A DNA stretch of 64,000 nucleotides from Pseudovirgaria hyperparasitica (Eukaryota): the NCBI GenBank assembly GCA_010093815.1, contig ML996579.1; one strand, 5' to 3'. The notes beneath the pieces are model-generated. The model made no database searches. It had not been told where the DNA came from and worked only from the letters and a program-made list of their open reading frames with translations. Numbering within the stretch: position 1 is the first letter of the stretch; every line of letters starts with the position of its first letter. This document shows, one piece after another, positions 25,812-36,393 of this stretch. The position numbers were made by a program, and so were the translations under genes.

Positions 25812-26924
25812 ATGGTATCCACACGATCAGTAAGTGACTAAGAACAGCCTAATATTTTATCACCACTAACAGGCATCAACAAGAAGATCCTTGAAGCCTC
25901 CGGATCGGATCGAAATGCCACCAAGGCCGAGACTTCGGAGAAGAGGACCGTCGAAGACGGCCGAGCAAGCAAGTCTAGCGAAGCAGAAAAGGAGGGCTTG
26001 ATCCAGCAGATCTTGGACTCTTGGAGCTACTCTATCGATGACCTAGAAGCATGGCTTCCACAGTACGAAGCTCCCAAAAGAGCCCACCAGTGGGAAACAA
26101 AGCTCCTACACGAACTAGTCTACATCGCTAGTCTTCACAACCCTGTGGTCGCCCGAGAACACATCATCACCCAGCGGAAACTGCGAATTTGCCGACGCCG
26201 CACAGCCTCAGGTCAAACAAGACCATATGACAACGAGCAAGTCACCGAAACCGATGTTGTCGATGCTTGCTTAGCCATCGCACAAGCGCCCGGTGCTGCC
26301 AGGCCCGATCCAGAAGACCTCGAGCAACTCGCCGGCTTCGACGAGACCCGTTCGAGCTCTGAGCTTTACGATGATGGAGACGTAGACGCCGAAGAAGCCA
26401 ACGCCATAGGTCACAGCGGCATCAACCAAAACCCAGTACTTGCCACCACCGAGAACAATTCTCCCCCTCACCGACCCGCCCGTCATCCCGCGCGGCTCCC
26501 TGTGTTTCGCCGCCCGGTCAATACCGTATCTCGGTCTCGTGCCAGCTCCCCACAGACCTACGTGGCGGGCCAAGTCATGACCAAGGCACGCCGTCTCAGT
26601 GATATCACGCTGGACGAAACCATCTCGCAGCTCGACCTCATGGAGCTGGAGCACCACCTGGACGCGGTTGAGGCTGACGAGGTCGACAAAGGCATGGTGC
26701 AATGCTATAAGGTGCAGTGCCACCGGTCGGAGCGCAATGCCATCGCGGCGGTGAGAGCTGGGCAAGTACCAAACGCGCACATGTCTAGGTCGCTGGAGTA
26801 TACCGCTCGTGCTGAGGAGAGGGAAGCTTACCGTCGCCAGAGGCGGGTTGATCACTATAGGCGGATTTTGGAGATTAGGAAGAGGAAGCAGGCAGATGAG
26901 GTTGCGCGCCAGAGAAGGAGATAG
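25812..26924 (+). CDS. Orphan protein B (~352 aa), paralogue of 23804-24898
   Basis: MVSTRS exon 25812-25829; intron 25830-25883 (GTAAGT, branch ACTAAC, AAG acceptor) is in frame with track ORF 25998-26924. Confidence 0.72.
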
Positions 26925-28694
26925 ACTGGTGGTTTCTCTACGGTATGATGACTGTCTCTTCCTGTATCGATAGAGCATTTCTAAGTTCATGGGTCTAGAT
27001 AGACCTTGATGTATCGTGTACCACTACAAGAGCTCAATAAACTTCATCCAAGGCGTTAGTATATAGTTTCTTCATGGTATAATGTTCTACTATTCGCGTA
27101 GCTATAAATGCGTAATATATCAATGGGTAAGAGAAGATATATAGATATCCTACTCTCATAGAATAACTTCTTAAAGATAAACATCTAATAAATGTAGCCA
27201 AGTTTAGAACTATAGTAGTTCTCTTACCTATATACCTTCTAGAGTTTATGACACGGTAATCACCGTGACACGACATAGCTGGCGATACCAAAGGAGACAG
27301 TTACGGCAGGAACTGCCAGATACTGTCTGTTTATCATATGAGAAGATAAGGAGATACCTAGCTTTACTCAATTAATACGATATCCATGACTTGACATAAT
27401 CTGACCTTAGCATCTTGGTAGCTAAAAGTAAACTAGGAGCTCGTCATTATTTGAAAAGACAGCACTAGTCAAGCACCGATACTAATAGCGCCTGAAACGT
27501 AATAGCCTACTAAAGTCTAAACCTCATCTGACCCGCGAGTAATACCTAAGACGCTTCTGTAACCTCAGCTTAAAAGGCTTACGGATATGTGGAAGAAGGG
27601 GAGACCCGAAGGACAGTAATCTACGGATCCTAGTAAATAGACGTCAAATAAGAGATAAACATGGTATCTCAATCGTGCCAGCCCATAAATAACGCCCAAG
27701 GAAAGGGAGTGGAGGCACTTGCACGCATAGCGCTACATACCTCTGCACCACTACCTAAAAGGGATCCAAACTCATGTCGATATAATTATCCTCCTATGAC
27801 ACGCCGCCAATAGGACTTCGTCCGGTGTTTAGGCATCGCGCTATATGTATGTACCATAAATCGTACCAGACCTCTCTATTGGCTGTAAGGAAGTCATCGC
27901 AGTTCACAGGCGTATATCTGAGCATAACGCGAGCTATGCACTCATACGCGGCCCTGGGTTGTGCACAAATAGCACGAGATAGCAGGGGTAAAAAAGGGAG
28001 ATTACGTTGTATTCCGGTGCGCTGTGCGCTGTGAGGCCTGCCAAGTAGGTACAGCTACTACAACGCCATAAAAGCACAACTTATTATTTACCATACAATG
28101 CCAGACAAAAAACCACCAGTCCCAGACCACATAAAGCAAACAAGCAAACCAGGAAAATTGAAAGATTCGTTTCACGTGACGTATGAGGAAATGGGACGCC
28201 GCCAGCACACACTACTCCACAGCCAACCTCTAGTTTCGTGATGCTCTGCAAGAGGATGTAACAGTGTTTCGGCAGACATATAAAGGCTCGGCGTGACACC
28301 ACGCTTCCATAGCAGGGAGACAGCATTGTGACATGCATGCGTGACCTTGTGCTACTCGTAATACGTGGCCCCGCCAGCCCGCACACACAGACCACCGGTC
28401 AGTACCCAGGACGAGCTGACTACAGCACAGTGGTGTAGAACTGGGCAAGGAAGAGACATATTCGACACCCTTCAAGTAACGAAGGAAGGTCCCTATTGCA
28501 GCTTCTCTAGCACCAACGGCGTCGAAAGCCCTTGCCAGGCACAAGAAAGGAGACTGTAGTGCAAGGTGAGGCAAGAGGCATGATTCCGGTGCAGTGTATG
28601 AGTCGCAAAGGGGAAAGTGCATATATGCTCATGACACGTGAGGCACACAAAACACAGACAAAATGCGCGGGACACAGAACCCCGCACGAGGCGC

Positions 28695-29965
28695 TCACAC
28701 TATAACAAAGTCCTTCTCGATAGGTGCTGGTTCCTCTTCGAATAACTCATCAGCAAGTATTCGCGATTGAGTTACCACAGGAGTAGGCTCTGCTTGGGCG
28801 TCCTCGGTCCAGATAGGGATGTCCTTTTTCTCTTTCTCGACAGGTTCGTTCTTCTTGGACGCTGGTGAATAGAAATCGAAATCCTTGAACTCCTTGGAGA
28901 GGCGGGATGGTTTAGGTGCATTCACAATGACATAGGACTGTGCGTCCAGGCCCGGACCATAGTAATCTGCGGCAGGAAGATCTCCAAGAGCTCTACGGTC
29001 TTCGTTCATTGCGTCGACGGAGGCGAAACGTTCCTTGGCGGGCACCTTAGCAGTAAAAGGGTCCTGAGCGGGAGTGTTAGGGTTGAATTCTGAAGAAGTT
29101 CTGGTGCTACTGGCTGCGGTGACAGAGGCAATGAAGTCCGGGGGTGGGATGTTTTCTTTTCCGCGATCTTTGGCTTCTTTCTGTAGCCTGGTCTCACAGT
29201 CATCGTCGGAGCTGATATCGAGGACACATGCTGAGTGCTCCATCATATTGGTAGCCTCCTCTTCTGCAGTGTCTTCATGAATCTCGAAAAACCAAGATTT
29301 TGGCATCGGCTCGTCCACGATAGGCTTTGGCTCGGGGGCTGCCTTGGGGGTATACGTGGGAATCGAACCAGAAAGAGCAGCATCGAGAGAGAATGGTAGT
29401 CCAGACTGTGCTTTACGACCAAAGGATGGCGGATCGACGCGGTGGAATGGAGACCCCCCAGTCTTACGACGGGAGAGCAGCCCAACACGTTTATGTTTTG
29501 GAGAGCCACGGCTCTGGCTGATTGGAGTGGTATTGGCAGTGACTGGAGAAGAGACGGCATTGCGTGCCATCGAGGACTTAAATTGGCTAGGGGCAGATCG
29601 GGCTGAAGATGGTACGGTGGTGAGGGAAAACTTGGAGACCTTCTGAGGAGTACCACCATATGCCTTTGACCGCTTTGAAGGGGAGTTGAAGATTGAAGGA
29701 TCAATGTTCTCCGAATCAAGATCATCCTCGAACTGCGTGGGGCACCGGCGTTTAGTGGAAGGCGAGAGAGTGACCTTGCCCGACTTGAGGGATGCAGTGA
29801 CAGCTGTGAAGACGCGAAGTTAGCACTGTCCTGACTCTGCCGTACGAGCTTGCTCTAGAGTCAAGTTTCATGCGTACCATTCTGTCTGTTCTTTGCACTC
29901 GCCAGAGAGTGCAACCTAGGGCTGTCAAGGGAGGCGAATGGCTGACGGGGCTGAAGCGTTGCCAT
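28695..29965 (-). CDS. Acm1-like APC/C pseudosubstrate inhibitor (~398 aa; ABBA-KEN-D box)
   Basis: ATG 29965 MATLQPRQPFASLDSPRL; intron 29877-29804; in frame with track ORF 28695-29570. FFEIHEDTAEEE, GKENIPP and RRALGDL occur in the same order as in yeast Acm1; many S/T-P sites. Confidence 0.75.
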
Positions 29966-30070
29966 TGTAGTAGCGAGTGGGTGAGGTCAAGAAGAAAGAA
30001 GATGCAGAGGAATGTCACAACACGCCTCGAGTCGTGTAGAGATCAAGTGGCGTCAATCGTAGCTGTGTCT

Positions 30071-30508
30071 ACGCGTTCAAAGCAGTAAACACGAAAGCGA
30101 ACGAAGAGGATCCCTAGCAGAGATGACGACAACGATGAAGACGATGAGTATCAAGAAGAAGTGATTGAGACGAGTCCTTGAAGGAATGGAGTAGATTTAA
30201 GGGGAGGAGGATATGAGACTCGGAGGACAAGCAAGCCTGGAGAGAGATAGGCGGGAGTAAGTGTGTATTGGTGAACTAGGAGATCCGACAGGGATTGGGC
30301 CGGTGAGTAGTGCGAATGAGTCGAAAATGGCTCGAACGCGTAAAGAAAGCGTGGAACCGAACGCGTGAAATAGAAGGGAGCCAAAACCGAAAGATAGAGA
30401 GGGACGGAGTGTATATGATGGGTGGAGGGTTGCGGAGAGCGGAAAGGGACCCACGCACCCTTTCGAGTCGCGCGCTGCCCCTCACGTCGTCTCACGTCGT
30501 CTCACGTC
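30071..30508. promoter_or_regulatory. Three MCB-like ACGCGT sites plus a CTCACGTCGT tandem repeat upstream of the Acm1-like gene
   Basis: ACGCGT at 30071, 30336 and 30361; ctcacgtcgt-ctcacgtcgt-ctcacgtc at 30481-30508. Confidence 0.5.
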
Positions 30509-32833
30509 AACGCGCTGCTCTTCTCTCCCTTGGAAACGATCGACAGTGCAAAGCTTGCGATTCCTGCAGGCTGCAGCGTCTACCTTGTAAATCGTCTGAA
30601 AGAAGCAGAAGACGGCGTCGCAAGTGAATGGCAGGTAATAATACCAGAGCTGATCAATTGGCTCTCGTGCACCGGGGGTAGCGTTTCTGCATACACAGGA
30701 TCGCTACGTGCCCCACCCATTCATCGCGCTAGAGACACGACCACCATACGCGACAACTTCGTGATGATTGGGACCTTGCTACCCTTATTGTTCTCTATCC
30801 CTCACCCTGATCCCAATAACCGCTCTATGTCAGCGCCTTCTCGAGTGCATCTTGCTGCCATCGTACAGCCGCGTCTCGCCATTCTAGGCACCACCATCTA
30901 CACGATCATGGTCCTTCGTTATAGCTGTCATATGGGACGTCCGGTGAGAAGCCTCGCTAGACTGGGCAACGAAGCACGAGTAACCGCCCGAGGCGTATTC
31001 TGTGCAGCAACTTGCCGTCTCGACGGACTTAAGCGTAGAATGAACTGTGAGGCAGATTCCCAGGAGCGGCTTTCGTAGTGCATTTAGACTCAGTCCCGTT
31101 CCAAGTCGTGTTTCTTCTGGTCGATTCGCTCACGTCCACCACTACGACTCCACGCATAATCTTCTCCCCTACCATCACACACAAGCACGTCTTTGAGATC
31201 GACACGGCCTGGCCATATCAGCTCGTCTAAGTAGGAACTGACGTGGTTCTCAGCAAGCCACAGTGCGTTGGCTCTGATGGTTGCCGAGCGAACGAGCGAG
31301 CAACAAGATCAGCCATTGGACACAGCCTGGACTACATGACGCGACACCATGATTTAGCATTATTCATACATCCTCAGGTCGGCGGTGGCATGATGTCTCG
31401 GCTTGAAGTTGTTTTTCCGTTGATCGCGCGACGAGAAATGTGAAGCCATGCGTTCAATACCATTCGTACCAGAGCGAATGATTCTTGCATGGCTGAAAAG
31501 AACTTGGAGCTCGAACTTCCCGCATTGTCTTGCGATGAAGTCGAGAGACCGAATCCGAGACCTCGAGGGGGGCCTAAATTGAGACCACCAGTCGGCAGTC
31601 CTGTGTTTCATTTTCAGATGTTTCAAAAGACCAAATTGGGTACCGCAAAGATTCATTTGCAGACCATATCAGCCGGACTTTTTCTCGTGATCAAACATCT
31701 CTGCCAATGCTCTCGTGATTGCCTACCAGTAAAGTACAGTTGTTGAGTTACCCCAGGCAAGATGTTAAGATCACACCAAGATCAAACATATACTCGCAAT
31801 ACCAAGCTATCAGGAGCTTGAAAAAGGGTTCAGAGGCCAAATGAGGTTCATTGGTGACGAGCCTATAGTATTTTCCATTTTGGACTCATCTGCCTAACAC
31901 TTGCACACTAATCGTGAGGTCAGTACAACGGTATTCTTACCTAGGTAGGTACATAGCACCTGATATTAACAACACCTTTAGAAAAAGGTAAATATCACCC
32001 TGCGACAGCGTCAAAGCCCATCACACAGACATGCGTCCACGAAATAATTTTTGAAATTTGAGACAAGCCACAGATATGGCGGCGAGACTCTATCGGGCAA
32101 ACGAAGATGCGACTAATGCCCAGCCAGCCGTGGAGAATAGATTACATACATTCGTGACTGACCGGGTAAGTACCTCTCCAAGATGAAGCTGTCATATCAT
32201 TGAGGCCTGGGAGTATGATCCAACAGATGGGTGGTGACCACCTACCCGACACTCGACACTCAACCTAGCATATCCATTCACAGCCCTAACACGCATATAT
32301 ATGTATACCAAAATCTCTACCCCATCCGTCTCTCCTAGCATCCTCGATCCAACCAAGCTCGCCAACTCCCTCTCTACTTATGTGCTATCCTATCACAGTA
32401 GCTTCATACCATGTCATGTGCCGTGTGCCATCCGTCAACTGGAACAAAGATAATGTCTCCGCCGTGTACCTCTCCACACATTCTTCATCGCCATAATATA
32501 ATGGCAGTGAGCTTCAGCACACCTTGATCATGCTGTTCATCGGGCAGTCGAGGATTCTTTCGGCGATGATGACCATGATGATACAATGTTGGTTTTTATC
32601 TTCATCGCAGACATGTTTCATAACAACGGAATGTGACATATATAGGACGGGCGAGGCATGTGTGAACAAACCTGGGTTCGATACGTTCTTATACTATTGA
32701 CCTCGTGACAGATGCTGCTATTCAATATGAGTATTTGCATACACATGGTACCATACACATCTCATCTCACAGGTACGCATGCGTGCCGGATACCCTTATA
32801 CAGAGGCAGTATGCTACATGTTCGTTCAACAGC

Positions 32834-33551
32834 TCACGGCGCTGAAAGCACGTTGCTGAGACCCTCCTGCATGAAGTTGCCACCAACAAGCTCAAGCTTG
32901 TTGTCAGCAGCATATTGCTGAAGATTGAAGGGCGCATGCGCCACAAGCGTGACAGGGTCGATAGGAGTCGGCGTGTAGTTCGGCGGCTGCCTGTACACAA
33001 GCAATATATAGCGGTGTTGAGAGACGGAAAGCGGAGTGAGTAGCATGTAGCTTGCCTGCACTTCGGGGTCCGGTCCGGGACAGTCTGGTTGCAAGTCGTA
33101 GATTTTGTAATGCAGAAAGTGGAGGAACAGAGGTAGTTCCATGTCTGGCGCGTCAGGGTCGACCATTATATGGGTGTATTTTGTCGTGGCTGGGTCCTGG
33201 TGTGCGACTGGCTTGCGGTTGGCTTGGGTGGAATTGTGCGCTTGTTGAGCGTTTCTGTATCAAGGCATCAGGATAGGCTTTGTGTCGCATCTCACTAGTG
33301 ACAGCAAACGTGTGACCCAGATTCTCTGCTTTACGGCCAAAATACAACACACAACTTTGTTTGCGGGTTGATTTCAGGTACCGTATTCGTGCTTAGCTTA
33401 CTAGTCTGGAAGGCACGCTTCACAACTCTACAGTGTTCGGGGAGATGCCTGAAGTTAGTCAGTTAACAGGATGGCGATCTGTAAGGCTGACCGCTGCAGA
33501 CTGGACGGTGGCCACCAGCGTGAGTATGGCGAGGTTAAGCGGGCTTTTCAT
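32834..33551 (-). pseudogene. Secreted PEBP-family gene, 5' half frameshifted
   Basis: Intact C-terminal YTHIMVDPDAP..FLHFL..HRYILLVYRQP..LVGGNFM. The signal peptide MKSPLNLAILTLVATVQS (ATG 33551), VKRAFQTSKL..PQTKLCVVF and FGRKAENLGHTF are not joined in one open frame. Confidence 0.65.
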
Positions 33552-33888
33552 GATTACGTATCTGCGATTGAGATACCACAGCCCAGACTTATTAACAAGA
33601 TGCCGCAGGTTGAGCCCCTTTCCCCTCCGTGTCCACAGCATAACACAATTATGTCTTATTCATACGTTCATCAAGCTATTTAGCATTAACTTCCAAGCAG
33701 AACATTCGAACCACTCATGACATAATGCATGCATTGAGGCCTTGCCAAAGATAAATCAGCTTGGCATAGCCCTAAATCATCTCCCAGGCGCAGAATTTCG
33801 CAATAGCCTCAGAGGATCAGCACAAATACCGTACGTACTTCGCATATGACATTAATTCTCTCTTCGATGACAATGAACAGGTATGCTG

Positions 33889-35823
33889 TGTCGAGCCTAT
33901 CGATAACGCTTTCTACACCAGTGCTATAGGTAGTCATATGAGGTCACATGAGTAGCTAAGTCACGTGGTCTAGTCACATGACGCTAGAAGCTTAGTATAT
34001 ATTACTTCTTCTTTCTATATTATTTATAGTTAGAGATAGAAGGAGAAAGATAAATAACTATATTAGTACCTAATTAAAGACTTATTAAGAGTATCTCTAT
34101 CTCCTTTACTCTATTATAGACCCTTTAGTAGATAATATAGTACCCTCTAAGTACTATACTTAGTATCTAGTAGCTAAAAATTTAAATAATCCACGTTCTC
34201 CACCGTATACTCTAGTAAATATTAACTAAGGCTCTTCTTAGAAGTCCCCTTATCTTCTAATTTTACTTATATCTTAAGAATATATAACTACTTAAACTTA
34301 TATCTAAAAGAGAGCTATAATCTTTAGACCTTAATTAAATTCTAATAAGCTTAAGATAATCATAGTCACGCTTATAATTATAATTAGTATCTACTCTAAC
34401 CGCTAAACTAACGGAATAAATCCCTTAAACCCTTGTCCTAGTTATCGAGAAGGAATTAATTAGGGCTAAAGCTTCTCTTTCTCCCGAAACGACTAATTTT
34501 AATATACTAGGAGGGTTTTCGCCGTTATCTAAATTATTAACCTCCTTCTAGTATACTATATAATCTTATTAATAACCCCCCCTCCGGGATACTATAGCGG
34601 GTATTATAGACCCCGTAGAAGGTTAAATAACTTATATAACTAAGGTTAAAGTAGAAAGACCTATCTCTCCCCTAGCTTCGTATTCACAATTAGTACTCTA
34701 TAAGAATACTTTCCTTATTCTTTATCTAGAAGCATTTATTAAGGAAAATAATCTTCTAGAGAGTATTACTTTCGAAATAGTATTACTAGAAGTAGTTATA
34801 ATTAAAGTAAGAACGATTTAAGAATATTTATAGTCTAACTTATAGATATAATATAAGAAAGGAGTTATAGAAGCTTTAGATAGGTTATTAAAGAATAATA
34901 GCTATCTTACTAACGCGATAAACTTTTAAGCCTTTATTTAGTATTTTAAGAATAGTTATAAGAATAGAGTTATTAGATAGTAGTATAGTTAGATAGAATA
35001 ATAGGGTGTATTCTATTATAGAACGAATTACTACCAAACCCTTTCGGTAGGAATCTGAGAGTATATATATAAAGAGATGCCGATCTATCTAGCACGTGAC
35101 TATTTACCGCCCTTTATATTACCTTCTAACTCTATTAGCTAAGGTATATATAGGTTAGGTCCTACCTAAGGCTAAGTTCTAATAATTATCCCTTCCCTCT
35201 AGGAAGCTACCCTTAGCGATCTAGATTATTATCTATCTCTATATCCCTATCCTAAGTCTTATAAGACCTTAGTTATTCTCTACGCTTCGTCTTAGATACT
35301 TACTAATATTTACTAATCTAAGATTTATATAAGCGTTTTCCTAATAAACTAGATTTTATCTATCTTAACTTCTTATATAGGTAAGATTACCTAATTAGGC
35401 CTAGCGTATCACGTAATATAATTAGGTAAGCCTAGGTACTACCTATATTAAAATCTTTTCTTAGAAATATTCCTTTCTTTAAAAAACTTCTTAACTCTTT
35501 ATAGAGTTTTTTAGATTATTAGATATATTACCCGATCCTTATAGATATAGATTTATATAGATTTACTATAATTTAGTACGATTTACGTAATTTACTAATT
35601 TTTATACCGTCCTTAGCTAGTAATAATATAATTTATAATAATCTATATAAATTAATAATAATTATAATATAGTTTCCTAAAATCTCGACGCTCTAAAGTA
35701 ATTAGTACGGAAATAGACGCCTTTAAATAATCCCTATCTCGTATATATTACTAATATATTAAAAGCTATTAATCTACCCTAACCTAGGCCGGGCTCTAAT
35801 AATCTAGCTATATATTATTATAG
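33889..35823 (-). mobile_element. Gypsy element X, 3' part: putative short or truncated 3' LTR (~33889-34000), PPT and extra-gene region
   Basis: Abrupt onset of TpA-rich RIP sequence. Minus-strand purine tract gaaagaagaag ~34004-34015 resembles the PPT of element Y. Sequence continues across the A1 target duplication. Confidence 0.55.
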
Positions 35824-36195
35824 TGTGGTGAGCCATCGCCACGTGTGTCCCTTTTATAAATGGCTATGTTCCTAGTATAGTAGTCGCGACGAACTTACAA
35901 GTATCTCTCCTAGGTATTATAAGTTCTCTTTAAACGCACGACTTCTTATTAGTTCTCTTTTATAATAGGACGGGTCTATATAATACTCTTAATTAATTCT
36001 TTAATAGCTAAGCCTAATAATTAATACCTATAGAGGCCCATGAACGTAAGAAAAGATTGAATAGTTAAATATTAGTAATAGGGGAAGCGCGCCGAGTAGA
36101 ATAACCAAGGAAAACGCCCTCCTTAAATATATAATAAAGCTATATAATCGAGCCAGGGACATATATATATAGGGCTATAGGAGCGGCCTTCTATA
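35824..36195 (-). repeat. 3' LTR of A1
   Basis: Direct repeat of 46890-47261 and reverse complement of 57546-57918. Confidence 0.95.
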
Positions 36196-36393
36196 TATAC
36201 CTCCCCGGCCTATAGAACTACTACCCTTAGTAGTATAGTAACCGTGTAAGAAACCGTATAAAGAACGCCTAAAAGAAAGACCTTAATATGAATAAAATGC
36301 GCCCCTAGTAAATCTCTCGGCGCGGGTAAACCTTAGCCCGGATTATTAGTTAAGGGCAGCCCTTAACTAATAATTAGGTAGGTTTTTAGGCGC

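Noticed and set aside
30151..31746. Several 66-218 aa ORFs upstream of the Acm1-like gene
   Set aside because: Low-complexity promoter/UTR sequence without coding hallmarks.
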